Positions 10,102-19,576 of a DNA stretch of 64,000 bases are shown piece after piece. The stretch is taken from NCBI GenBank assembly GCA_037441705.1, contig JBBIRR010000001.1, positions 308,070-372,069 of the forward strand. The letters are read 5' to 3'. A model generated the notes under the pieces. That model was not told where the DNA came from and did not search any database. It saw only the letters and a program-made list of their open reading frames with translations. The position numbers and the translations under genes are program-made. Positions within the stretch are counted from its first letter, which is position 1. The number at the start of each line of letters is the position of its first letter. Origin of the DNA: Ignavibacteriales bacterium (GTDB lineage Bacteria; Bacteroidota; Ignavibacteria; UBA10030; UBA6906).

Positions 10102-11254
10102 GTGGAAACAAGCATCTTGGCCCCTTGCTCTGCTTTTGTCGGCGATGCTCGCGCCGGATCCCTCCGCACGTGCGCAGGAGACCGACGAGGACGAGCAGGT
10201 CGCGAAGTATCAACCGTACCGCGACTACGGAACCGACTGGCGGCTCAGCTCGCTCTTCGGCTTCACGCCCGAAGACGGCATCCTCGTCGGCACGGGCGCC
10301 ATTGTGTACAAGTTCGCGTTCCGAACTTTCCCGTATCTCTATCGGATGGAACTTGTCGGAGGCATCACACTCTCGACGGGACGGTGGAAGTTCGTGTACA
10401 CGGCAAAATTTCCCAGCCTGAGCACGAACGCGTCGCTCGACATACGTGCGTACGCCTCGGAGTTGGAAGTGCGCAACTTCTACGGCTTCGGCAACAACAC
10501 GCCGCGTGACAAGCAGCTCGAGAAGAATGACTTCTACCGTGTCGCTTCGCGGCAATACTACCTTGAGCCGCTGCTCCGATGGAAGTTTGGCGAGACAGTC
10601 ACGCTCGGCCTCGGCGCGTCGATCAAACACTTTGAAGCACGACAGGAGGCAAACCGCTTCCTTTCCTCTGCGCTCCTCGATACGCTCGGCGACGATCGCT
10701 GGGTGGTAGGAACGGGAGTGAACGTTGAGATCCGCACGGGCGAGGCCGGTGTGGCTCCGCGCCAAGGATTCTTCGCTGTTCTCTCGGCCTGGAATTATCC
10801 CTACCCATTCGACCGTCGCAGACCGTTCCAGCGCTACACCGCGGACCTTCGCGGGTACTCAAACCTCGGACCTGTTACGCTTGCTTTGCACGCTGCCGGA
10901 GAAAAGTTGGAGGGACAGTTTCCGTTCTACGAGGCGGCATTTCTGGGCGGCGCGACGTCTCTGCGAGGCTACAACCTGAACCGCTTCTCCGGGGACGCAT
11001 CGCTGAGCGGCAGCGCTGAGCTGCGTCTCTCGTTGTTCAAACTGAAGCTGCTCCTGCCAACACAGGTGGGCGTGTTTGTCTTCGGCGATGCCGGCAAAGT
11101 GTTCCTCGACGGCAAAGCTCCTTCAGGCTGGCATGCCGATGCAGGCGCAGGAATCTCACTGGCACCCATTTCGGAGGAGTTGACGTTCTCCATTGCTTTC
11201 GCCTCATCTCCCGAAGGGCTGTTCGTGAACGGCGTTTTCGGGTTCAGCTTCTGA
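10091..11254 (+). CDS. Omp85/BamA-TamA family outer-membrane beta-barrel without POTRA domains
   Basis: Signal peptide ending ARA-QE; amphipathic strands; 'LGGATSLRGY' (VRGF/Y loop equivalent), 'FGDAGKV', C-terminal 'GFSF'. Confidence 0.88.
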   Translation: MRAEWKQASWPLALLLSAMLAPDPSARAQETDEDEQVAKYQPYRDYGTDWRLSSLFGFTPEDGILVGTGAIVYKFAFRTFPYLYRMELVGGITLSTGRWKFVYTAKFPSLSTNASLDIRAYASELEVRNFYGFGNNTPRDKQLEKNDFYRVASRQYYLEPLLRWKFGETVTLGLGASIKHFEARQEANRFLSSALLDTLGDDRWVVGTGVNVEIRTGEAGVAPRQGFFAVLSAWNYPYPFDRRRPFQRYTADLRGYSNLGPVTLALHAAGEKLEGQFPFYEAAFLGGATSLRGYNLNRFSGDASLSGSAELRLSLFKLKLLLPTQVGVFVFGDAGKVFLDGKAPSGWHADAGAGISLAPISEELTFSIAFASSPEGLFVNGVFGFSF

Positions 11255-11325
11255 CCAACCTCCTGAAAAGCCGCCCGAGGAACGCGTACAGTCCCCCTAC
11301 TTGCATTCGAACGGCGCTCAAGGTG

Positions 11326-11354
11326 GTGACTTTCTTGCCGAGTGTGCCTATCTT
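11326..11354 (+). promoter_or_regulatory. Putative sigma70 promoter of mgtE
   Basis: GTGACT-17 nt-TATCTT about 42 nt upstream of the start. Confidence 0.4.
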
Positions 11355-11395
11355 GAATTAAACCAGCACAGCGATCAATCCCTACATCATGTTTT

Positions 11396-12775
11396 ATGAT
11401 TGGCAAGAGCATTCAACCTGAGATCCGCGCGCTGATAGAGGCACGCGACTTCATTACCCTGAAGGATGTGTTCGCCGACTGGCACCCGGCAGATCTTGCA
11501 GAACTGATTGACGATCTGCCGGACGAAGACGAGGCGATCATCTTCCGTCTTCTGCCTCGCAGACTTGCTGCGGAGACCTACGAGTACCTTACGCACGACA
11601 AGCAAGCGGCGTTGCTCAAAGCTATGGGCCAGGAACAGGTCGCCGCCATCCTGAACGATATGGCGCCCGACGAACGGACGGCGTTGTTCGAAGAACTGCC
11701 CAGCGCGGCGGTCCAACAATTGATCGCGCTGCTTACGCCTGAAGAACGAGCAACCGCGCAAGCGCTGCTGAATTATCCGGAGGACAGCATCGGCCGGTTG
11801 ATGACGCCGGATTACATCGCCGTGCGCAAGGATTGGACGGTGCAGGACGTGCTTAATTACGTACGCGCCAATGGGGAAGATAAGGAAACCTTGAACGTCA
11901 TCTACGTTATTGATGACAAAGGGAAACTGATCGACGACCTCCGCATTCGAGAATTCCTCCTCGCTCCACTCGATAAGAAGGTGAGCGAGATGATGGATGA
12001 GAACTTCGTCGCGCTCTCCGTGTACGCCGATAAGGAAACCGCAGTCGACATGTTCAAGCGCTACAATCGGACCGCGCTGCCGGTGGTGGATTCGGAAGGT
12101 CACCTCGTCGGCATCGTGACGATCGACGACGTGTTACAGGTACAAGAAGAAGAATCCACGGAAGACATTCAGAAGATCGGCGGTATGGAGGCGCTGGACG
12201 AGCCGTATCTGGAGATCAGCTTGCCGCGCATGATCAAGAAACGCGCAGGATGGCTCGTTATCCTGTTCATCGGCGAAATGTTGACGGCAACGGCAATGGG
12301 ATTCTTCGAGGAGGAAATTGCTCGCGCGGTAGTTCTCGCACTCTTCGTTCCGCTCATTATCTCCAGCGGAGGAAATTCCGGTTCACAAGCATCAACCCTC
12401 ATCGTGCGGGCAATGGCGCTCGGAGAAGTCACTCTCTCGCTCTGGTGGCGAGTCATGCGGCGCGAGCTTCTCTCCGGTCTCGCCCTCGGAAGCATTCTGG
12501 GCTCCATCGGCTTCCTTCGGATTGCCGTGTGGAGTATGTTCACCGACATCTACGGACCTCACTGGCTGCTGATCGCACTGACGGTGGCGCTCAGCCTTGT
12601 CGGCGTCGTGATGTGGGGAACGTTGATCGGCTCGATGATGCCGTTCATTCTCAAACGGTTCGGCGCAGACCCTGCAACATCATCGGCACCGTTCGTCGCA
12701 ACCATGGTTGACGTCACGGGCCTGGTCATCTACTTCAGCGTCGCCTACCTCATCTTGCGCGGTACGTTGCTCTGA
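11396..12775 (+). CDS. mgtE: Magnesium transporter MgtE
   Basis: N domain plus two CBS domains ('YPEDSIGRLMTPDY', 'GIVTIDD'); 'SGGNSGSQ', 'DPATSSAPFVATMVDVTG'. Confidence 0.96.
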   Translation: MIGKSIQPEIRALIEARDFITLKDVFADWHPADLAELIDDLPDEDEAIIFRLLPRRLAAETYEYLTHDKQAALLKAMGQEQVAAILNDMAPDERTALFEELPSAAVQQLIALLTPEERATAQALLNYPEDSIGRLMTPDYIAVRKDWTVQDVLNYVRANGEDKETLNVIYVIDDKGKLIDDLRIREFLLAPLDKKVSEMMDENFVALSVYADKETAVDMFKRYNRTALPVVDSEGHLVGIVTIDDVLQVQEEESTEDIQKIGGMEALDEPYLEISLPRMIKKRAGWLVILFIGEMLTATAMGFFEEEIARAVVLALFVPLIISSGGNSGSQASTLIVRAMALGEVTLSLWWRVMRRELLSGLALGSILGSIGFLRIAVWSMFTDIYGPHWLLIALTVALSLVGVVMWGTLIGSMMPFILKRFGADPATSSAPFVATMVDVTGLVIYFSVAYLILRGTLL

Positions 12776-12882
12776 CGAGCATGTGTGCTCATGCCTTGCG
12801 GGCAACTCCAGATCTGCACAGCGAGGTACGCGTGGGTTACGGTGTGCCGCCGTACGCTTCAAGAAAATATTTCAGAATGTGC

Positions 12883-12911
12883 TTGCTATTGGCAAGGAAA
12901 TCACCTATCAT
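12883..12911 (+). promoter_or_regulatory. Putative sigma70 promoter of the csp gene
   Basis: TTGCTA-17 nt-TATCAT; implies a leader of about 220 nt. Confidence 0.6.
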
Positions 12912-12917
12912 GAGTGC

Positions 12918-13141
12918 GTCAAAAACAGTGCATCGTTGTTGAGCTTTTACTCTCCGAAAACACGGAGAGGTTTCGCTAAGAGTTGTTCTAAACAAACCCG
13001 TAGCAGAACAAAGTTGATCGCAACCGTGAGATGTACAGACGAGTTGCGATTTTTGTTTAAAGGCACAAACAAAGCGAACTGTATTTCAACTGTGTCCGCT
13101 GACGACGGATTTGTTTAATACAACAGAAAGGTCCTTTTCCA
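12918..13141 (+). promoter_or_regulatory. Long structured 5' leader of the cold-shock gene
   Basis: TAAACAAACCCGT (12989-13001) can pair with ACGGATTTGTTTA (13105-13117); inner stem TCGCAAC...GTTGCGA; small hairpin CTCTCCG...CGGAGAG. Confidence 0.55.
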
Positions 13142-13342
13142 ATGGAAAAAGGAATCGTAAAGTGGTTCAATGGAGCCAAAGGCTTCGGATTCATTCAGCG
13201 TAGTGGCGGCGAAGATGTGTTCGTGCACTACAAAGCGCTCGTGGGCGATGGCTACAAGAACCTGGTCGAAGGTGATCATGTTCAGTTCGATGTCCAGCGA
13301 GGTCCGAAGGGGCTTCAGGCCGCCAACGTTAGCAAGATCTAA
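13142..13342 (+). CDS. Cold-shock protein (CspA family)
   Basis: '[15 protein letters not shown]', 'DVFVHY', '[10 protein letters not shown]'. Confidence 0.97.
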   Translation: MEKGIVKWFNGAKGFGFIQRSGGEDVFVHYKALVGDGYKNLVEGDHVQFDVQRGPKGLQAANVSKI

Positions 13343-13371
13343 CGTTCGCAGCATTCAGTGCTGAACAGCGT

Positions 13372-13406
13372 TCCGGTCTGTTGGCAACAACAGGCCGGAC
13401 TTTTTT
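13372..13406 (+). terminator. Rho-independent terminator of csp
   Basis: TCCGGTCTGTTG-GCAA-CAACAGGCCGGA followed by CTTTTTT. Confidence 0.85.
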
Positions 13407-13556
13407 GACCGCGCAAAAAGGCTCGCCGCGAAGATACCCGGACGTCAGGGTCATACCCATCCCAACTCATCGATTCGCTTCTTTTGTGCTTCCCGTTCCT
13501 CTGCTGTGTGCAGAGTACGACACGTATCTTTGTGGCAATTCGAACGAGGTAGTTTT

Positions 13557-14765
13557 ATGAAATCACCCCATCTTCATCTCAGCAACGAGATGATCGCCGT
13601 TCTCCAACGACACGGCATTACAACACCGACTGCTATTCAACAGGAAGTCATCCCGGCAATTCTCGAGGGCAGGGATGTTCTCGCACAGTCGGAAACAGGC
13701 TCCGGCAAGACGCTCAGTTTTGCCATTCCCATCATCGAAAGGGTCAAACCCTCGGCCGGCATACAGGTGCTGGTTGTCTGTCCGACACGAGAACTGGCAG
13801 TGCAAATTGCCGGCGAGTTCAAGAAGTTCTCCGAGGGCAGGCATCTCGGCATCACGCCGATTTACGGCGGCACATCCATCGGCGCACAAGCACGCCAGCT
13901 GGTGCGAACACACATTGTTGTGGGAACGCCCGGACGACTACTCGACTTACTCGAACGTTCGTTGCTGGACTTCCGTACGGTCAACACCGTCGTGCTCGAC
14001 GAGGCTGACCGCATGCTCGACATGGGGTTCATCAAGGATATCGATCGTCTCCTCCGTGCCGTCCCGAAGCGACGCCAGACATTGATGTTCAGCGCAACCA
14101 TTGCGAAGCAGATCAGCACCCTGAGCAAGAAGTACCTGCACAGCCCGAAGCAGGTTGAGATGGCGTCGGAGGTGAAACCGGAGTTTCTCCGGCAGACGTA
14201 TTTTCAGACGACGCCGGCGCAGAAGTTTCACCTGCTCGTGCATCTCCTGAAGGAAGAACGCGATCTGGCACTCGTCTTCTGCAACCGCAAGCACGTTACG
14301 GCCAATATCGCCAGGCAGCTGGCGCGAGCCGGCCTGCACGCACGATGCTTGAACGGCAACATGAATCAGCGTCAGCGCGATCGCACAACGGCCGACTTCC
14401 GCGCGAAGAAGTTCACCGTGCTCGTTGCGACCGATGTCGCTGCACGAGGGCTGCACATTGACGACATCTCGCATGTGTACAACTACGAAATTCCTCGCGA
14501 TGTGGAGACGTACACTCACCGCATCGGGCGCACCGCAAGGGCAGGCAACCTGGGTGAGGCGATTTCCCTTGTCGCGACGGGTGAGGAACGCAGCTTCTTT
14601 CAGCGCATCCTTTTCACTCACAAGGGAAATATCGCGCTGATGGAAAGCAATGATGTGGGATTTGCGAGCGTTCCGCGAATGGAACAAAAAGAAGAACGTC
14701 CCCCGGCACCCGTTCGGCATCGCGGGCGGCACGCGCGGCGCACCGCGTGGCAAACGCAGCGATAA
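13557..14765 (+). CDS. DEAD-box RNA helicase
   Basis: Q motif 'TPTAIQ', SETGSGKT, PTRELA, TPGRL, DEAD, SAT, 'TDVAARGL', HRIGRTAR; GAGG before ATG 13557. Confidence 0.96.
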   Translation: MKSPHLHLSNEMIAVLQRHGITTPTAIQQEVIPAILEGRDVLAQSETGSGKTLSFAIPIIERVKPSAGIQVLVVCPTRELAVQIAGEFKKFSEGRHLGITPIYGGTSIGAQARQLVRTHIVVGTPGRLLDLLERSLLDFRTVNTVVLDEADRMLDMGFIKDIDRLLRAVPKRRQTLMFSATIAKQISTLSKKYLHSPKQVEMASEVKPEFLRQTYFQTTPAQKFHLLVHLLKEERDLALVFCNRKHVTANIARQLARAGLHARCLNGNMNQRQRDRTTADFRAKKFTVLVATDVAARGLHIDDISHVYNYEIPRDVETYTHRIGRTARAGNLGEAISLVATGEERSFFQRILFTHKGNIALMESNDVGFASVPRMEQKEERPPAPVRHRGRHARRTAWQTQR

Positions 14766-14779
14766 CGGTTCAACTACCC

Positions 14780-14818
14780 AAAAAACGTCGAAGCCCCTCC
14801 CGGATGGAAGGGGCTTCG
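14780..14818 (-). terminator. Terminator between convergent helicase and aceB
   Basis: CGAAGCCCCT...AGGGGCTTCG stem with an A6 tract on the left (U tract on the minus strand). Confidence 0.7.
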
Positions 14819-14851
14819 CTGCGTTCAGGATGCACTGCGTCCGGCAGACCG

Positions 14852-16471
14852 TCAGTGCAGATGTTTGTATGCCTCGATCGTAAGGAATTCGGTGAACTGT
14901 TGTTGCATCACCAAATGATTGAAGAGACGCATCGCATGCTCGAAGCGTTCGGATGCGAAAGTCTCCGCACCCACAATCTGCCGAACGTTGTTGAGTTCAT
15001 CGGGAAAGATGCGCCGATAGAGCTCGGGCGTAACCGCACGGCCGTCGGTGAGCACGGCACCTTGATGATGCAACCATTGCCATACTTGCGAACGTGCAAT
15101 CTCGGCGGTCGCAGCGTCCTCCATCAAGTTGAAGATGCCGACAGCCCCCTGGCCGCCCAGCCACGCCGCAAGGTACTGCAGCGCCACACTGATGTTGTTC
15201 CGGAAGCCTGTTTCCGAAATTGTTCCATCCGGAATGCGAAAGTTTAGGAGATCGGCAGCGCTGACCTGAACCTCTTCGCGCAGCCGGTGCTTCTGATGCG
15301 GTGCGGTTCCCAATTTCTCGTCGAAGGGTTTCCGCGCCACCGGCACTAAATCGGGATGCGCAACCCACGTCCCATCGAACCCGTCGTTGGACTCTCGTAT
15401 CTTGTCCTCCGTAACCCTGGCAAGTGCCCGCTCGTTGACGATCGCATCCTTGCGACTGGGGATGAACGCCGCCATGCCGCCGATCGCGTGTGCGCCGCGT
15501 TTATGGCACGTATGCACAAGCAGCTCGGTGTACGCGCGCATGAAGGGGACGGTCATCGTGATTTGTGATCGATCGGGGAATGTAAAATCGCGCTTGCCGC
15601 GGAATTTCTTGATGATGCTGAAGATATAATCCCATCGGCCTGCATTGAGTCCCACGATGTGGTCTTTCAGTTCGTAGAGAATCTCTTCCATTTCGAATGC
15701 CGCAAGGATGGTTTCGATCAGCACCGTTGCCTTGATGGTGCCGCGCGCAATGCCGAGGCGCTCCTGCGTAAATTCGAAGACGGAGTTCCACAAACGCGCT
15801 TCGAGGTGGCTTTCGAGTTTTGGAAGATAGAAATACGGACCCCTCCCTTGCTCGATGAGCCTGCGCGCTTGATGGAACATGTACATCCCAAAATCAAATA
15901 ATGAAGCGGACATCGCTTCGCCGTCAATGAGAACGTGCTTTTCCGGCAGGTGCCACCCGCGCGGGCGAACGACAAGTGTTGCGACCTTCTCGCCCAGCTT
16001 ATACAACTTTCCTTCAGGACTGGTGTAGGTGATGGTGCGGTCGATCGCGTCGCGCAGGTTGCGATGTCCCTGCATGATATTGGGCCACGTCGGCGAGTTG
16101 GCATCTTCGAAATCCGCCATGAACACATTGGCACCGGAGTTCAGTGCGTTGATCATCATTTTGCGTTCCACCGGACCCGTGATCTCCACACGACGATCTT
16201 GCAGGTCGTGCGGAATCGAGCCGATGCGCCACGTGGTGTCCTCACGTATCCTTCGCGTCGACGCAAGAAACTCCGGCATCTCGCCTGCCTCGATACGACG
16301 CTGGCGTTCGGCGCGCTGCGCCAGCAGGTGCTTCCGTTCAGCACGGAACTCGCGCTCAAGCGCAGCAATGAACTCGAGAGCCTCAGGCGTGAGAATGTCG
16401 GGATAGGCGGCCTGCGAACTGCCGGAAAGCTCGATACCCGCACGCGCAGGCTGGACAAGAATATCAGTCAT
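14852..16471 (-). CDS. aceB: Malate synthase A
   Basis: 'DRRVEITGP', 'FMADFED', 'VRPRGWHL', '[12 protein letters not shown]', '[10 protein letters not shown]', '[14 protein letters not shown]'. Confidence 0.97.
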   Translation of the reverse strand: MTDILVQPARAGIELSGSSQAAYPDILTPEALEFIAALEREFRAERKHLLAQRAERQRRIEAGEMPEFLASTRRIREDTTWRIGSIPHDLQDRRVEITGPVERKMMINALNSGANVFMADFEDANSPTWPNIMQGHRNLRDAIDRTITYTSPEGKLYKLGEKVATLVVRPRGWHLPEKHVLIDGEAMSASLFDFGMYMFHQARRLIEQGRGPYFYLPKLESHLEARLWNSVFEFTQERLGIARGTIKATVLIETILAAFEMEEILYELKDHIVGLNAGRWDYIFSIIKKFRGKRDFTFPDRSQITMTVPFMRAYTELLVHTCHKRGAHAIGGMAAFIPSRKDAIVNERALARVTEDKIRESNDGFDGTWVAHPDLVPVARKPFDEKLGTAPHQKHRLREEVQVSAADLLNFRIPDGTISETGFRNNISVALQYLAAWLGGQGAVGIFNLMEDAATAEIARSQVWQWLHHQGAVLTDGRAVTPELYRRIFPDELNNVRQIVGAETFASERFEHAMRLFNHLVMQQQFTEFLTIEAYKHLH

Positions 16472-16525
16472 GAGAAGCGAATCCTTGTACTGGTGAATGA
16501 ATTGGGGGAGACAGCAGTCCACAGG

Positions 16526-17809
16526 TCAGTGGACTGCCGTGGTGTAAAATTGCGCTTTTTCGGTTGATCCGGCAAGTGCGGTTGTCGAAGCGGTTCCGCC
16601 GGAGACGATCTGGGTGACGAGATCGAAGTAGCCGGTGCCCACCTCGCGTTGATGTTTGGTTGCCGTATACCCGATCGCCTCGCTGGCGAACTCCTGCTGC
16701 TGCAAGTCGGAGTAGGCAGCCATGCCGCGACGTTTGTAGTCGTGGGCAAGCGTGAACATGCTGTGGTTCAGGGCATGGAAGCCCGCAAGCGTCACGAACT
16801 GGAACTTGTAGCCCATCTCGCCGAGCTTCTCCTGGAAATGCAGGATGGTATCGTCATCCAGTTTCTTTTTCCAGTTGAACGACGGTGAGCAGTTGTAGGC
16901 AAGCAGCTTACCGGGGAATTTCTCGTGAACGGCCTCGGCGAACTCCTTCGCTTCACCAAGATCAGGATGTGACGTCTCACACCACAACAAGTCCGCGTAC
17001 GGTGCGTACGCCAGAGCGCGACTGATCGCCTGCTCCAACCCGCAGCGAACACGGAAGAACCCTTCGGGCGTTCGTTCGCCGGTGAGGAACACCTGATCCC
17101 GCGGGTCGATATCGCTCGTCAGCAAAGAGGCGCTGTCGGCGTCGGTGCGTGCAACAAGGATGGTCGGCACGTTCATCACATCCGCTGCAAGGCGCGCTGC
17201 CGTGAGCGTGCGGATGAACTGACACGTCGGCACAAGCACTTTGCCGCCGAGGTGCCCACATTTCTTTTCGGAGGCAAGTTGGTCTTCGAAGTGCACGCCG
17301 GCTGCGCCCGCTTCGATCATCGCCTTCATCAGCTCGAAAGCATTCAACGGTCCGCCGAATCCTGCCTCGGCATCGGCAACAATCGGTGCAAGCCAGTAGA
17401 TGCCGTTCAGTCCTTCGGAGGCATGAATCTGGTCCGCACGCAAGAGTGTGTGATTGATGCGGCGAACGACTTCGGGAACGCTGTTGGCGGGGTACAAACT
17501 CTGGTCGGGATACATCTGACCGGCAAGGTTGGCATCGGCGGCCACCTGCCAGCCGCTGAGGTAGATCGCTTTCAGACCTGCTTTCACCTGCTGCATGGCC
17601 TGATTGCCGGTGAGCGCACCGAGTGCCTGGACATACGGCTCGGTATGCAGGAGATTCCACAAGCGTCTGGCTCCAAGGTCGGCAAGCGTGTAGCGAATGT
17701 CGATCGTGCCTCGTAGCTTCTTCACATCGTCCTCGGTGTAGGGTCGGACAATGCCGTCCCAACGGTTGTGCAGTGTTCCGCGGGTCGCGACGTCTTCGAA
17801 GGTTTGCAT
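16526..17809 (-). CDS. aceA: Isocitrate lyase
   Basis: Signature KKCGHLGGK, '[10 protein letters not shown]', '[10 protein letters not shown]', '[12 protein letters not shown]'; GGAG SD. Confidence 0.98.
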   Translation of the reverse strand: MQTFEDVATRGTLHNRWDGIVRPYTEDDVKKLRGTIDIRYTLADLGARRLWNLLHTEPYVQALGALTGNQAMQQVKAGLKAIYLSGWQVAADANLAGQMYPDQSLYPANSVPEVVRRINHTLLRADQIHASEGLNGIYWLAPIVADAEAGFGGPLNAFELMKAMIEAGAAGVHFEDQLASEKKCGHLGGKVLVPTCQFIRTLTAARLAADVMNVPTILVARTDADSASLLTSDIDPRDQVFLTGERTPEGFFRVRCGLEQAISRALAYAPYADLLWCETSHPDLGEAKEFAEAVHEKFPGKLLAYNCSPSFNWKKKLDDDTILHFQEKLGEMGYKFQFVTLAGFHALNHSMFTLAHDYKRRGMAAYSDLQQQEFASEAIGYTATKHQREVGTGYFDLVTQIVSGGTASTTALAGSTEKAQFYTTAVH

Positions 17810-17859
17810 GGCGTGTCTCCTTGGATTGTGCCTGTGGTGTAAAAGAACGAACTGGCACC

Positions 17860-17900
17860 AATATACGATAGCGAAAAGCGTATGTCAAGCGAAATTTCGC
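17860..17900 (-). promoter_or_regulatory. aceA promoter with adjacent palindromic operator
   Basis: Minus strand TTGACA-17 nt-TATATT (17888 to 17860); perfect palindrome GCGAAATTTCGC at 17889-17900 abuts the -35. Confidence 0.75.
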
Positions 17901-18030
17901 CCTTGTAATAAGTTCGCTCGCAGTGAGATGACTGCAATCACCTGCAATTTCGCTAATAGAGAAGTGGTAGCAATTGAGAAAATTCGATAGATTATTGCTG
18001 CACGAAGTCACCACCGACGAAACGTCACCG

Positions 18031-19536
18031 ATGAATGTGAATCCCGAAAACCTGCGTCTGATCCTCGGCGTCAAACTCAAGCAGCTCCGCACCGAACGCG
18101 ACCTGTCGCTCTCCGAGCTTGCCGCACGTTCGAACCTGTCCGTCTCCTATCTCAGCGAAATCGAAAAAGGAAAGAAATATCCGACGGCGGATAAGATTCT
18201 CCAGCTCGCCAAGGCAATGGATGTGTCGTTCGATGACCTGGTATCGGTGAAGGTCTCGGAATCTCTGGACTCGCTGTCAACCTTTCTCAAGTCGCCGTTT
18301 ATTCAAGAGTTTCCGTTTGAACTGTTCGGGATCAAACCGCACGATCTGGTCACACTCATCACCAACAACCCTCAGGAGGCGGGCGCGTTCATCCGCACGC
18401 TGCTGGAGATCGGGCAGAGCTATGACATGAGCGTGGAGCAGTTCCTGTTCGCCGCCCTGCGTTCCTACCAGAAGATGCACTCGAATTATTTCGAGGAGTT
18501 GGAGACCGCCGCCGAGGACTTCGCACGACAGCACAAACTTGGCGCCGATCCACCGTTGCACGTCGACCACCTCGTGCGCGTCTTGCAGCAGGACTATGGC
18601 TATGAGATCGGCACAATCCCGCTGGATGAATTCCCTGAACTGAAAAAGTTTCGATCCATCTCCACCAAGGGCAAGACACCCAAGCTCTTTCTCAACGACA
18701 AGTTGCTTCCTTCGCAGAAGGCGTTCCTGCTTGCGCGAGAGATCGGCTTTCGATTCCTTGGGCTCAAGGAGCATCCGGTAACGTCAACCTGGCTCAATGT
18801 CAGTTCCTTTGCGGAGGTGTTGAACAACTACAAGGCATCCTACTTCGCCGGAGCGCTGTTCATCAACCGATGGGTTCTCAAAAAAGATCTTGAGCAATTC
18901 TTCAAGAAGACGACCTGGAACGGCATCGCGTTTCTCAACATCATGCGCCGCTTCGAAGCTACCCCGGAGATGTTCCTCTACCGGCTCAGTCAGTTGATGC
19001 CGAAGTATTTCGGGATGCAGGAGATGTTTTATCTTCGGTTCAACAACGAGATCGGCAGCAAGGAGTTCACGTTAACGAAGGAGTTGAACATGTCGCGTGT
19101 TGTCGTACCGCATGCGATTGGCTTGAACGAGCATTACTGCCGGCGGTGGCTGTCGATCAAGTTGTTGGAGCGGCTGGCAGCTATGCCCCGCCGGGCGTTG
19201 AAGGAGGCAACCATCGCGGACGCGCAGCGCTCCCGTTTCCTCGACGGCGATGCGGAGTTCTTCGTCATCACGGTTGCACGACCGTTAGTGCTGACCGAAG
19301 AGACGAACTCCAGCATCACCCTCGGTTTCTTGTTGAACGACACGTTCAAACACGCCGTCCGCTTCTGGAACGATCCGGCGCTCGCCATCGTCGAGGTAAA
19401 CGAAACGTGCGAACGATGCGCGTTGGCGAAGTCGGTGTGCAAGGAGCGCGCAGTGCCGCCCACGGTGTATCGCAAGCAACAAGTTCAGGTAGAACGAGAG
19501 CAGGCTCTTCGCCGGTTTCTGGAGAGGGTGGCGTAA
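18031..19536 (+). CDS. XRE-family RamB/PrpR/ScfR-type regulator (start may be 17974)
   Basis: N-terminal XRE HTH 'LSVSYLSEIEKGKKYP'; IrrE-like middle domain; C-terminal 'NETCERC...C'; divergent from aceA-aceB. Confidence 0.85.
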   Translation: MNVNPENLRLILGVKLKQLRTERDLSLSELAARSNLSVSYLSEIEKGKKYPTADKILQLAKAMDVSFDDLVSVKVSESLDSLSTFLKSPFIQEFPFELFGIKPHDLVTLITNNPQEAGAFIRTLLEIGQSYDMSVEQFLFAALRSYQKMHSNYFEELETAAEDFARQHKLGADPPLHVDHLVRVLQQDYGYEIGTIPLDEFPELKKFRSISTKGKTPKLFLNDKLLPSQKAFLLAREIGFRFLGLKEHPVTSTWLNVSSFAEVLNNYKASYFAGALFINRWVLKKDLEQFFKKTTWNGIAFLNIMRRFEATPEMFLYRLSQLMPKYFGMQEMFYLRFNNEIGSKEFTLTKELNMSRVVVPHAIGLNEHYCRRWLSIKLLERLAAMPRRALKEATIADAQRSRFLDGDAEFFVITVARPLVLTEETNSSITLGFLLNDTFKHAVRFWNDPALAIVEVNETCERCALAKSVCKERAVPPTVYRKQQVQVEREQALRRFLERVA

Positions 19537-19576
19537 GAAGCTGCTCTCCATCATCAAACAGAAACAGGAGGAAACA

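Noticed and set aside
11255-11395. Possible Mg2+ riboswitch or leader peptide before mgtE
   Set aside because: The predicted leader is only about 35 nt, too short for an M-box, and no Pro-rich leader ORF was seen.
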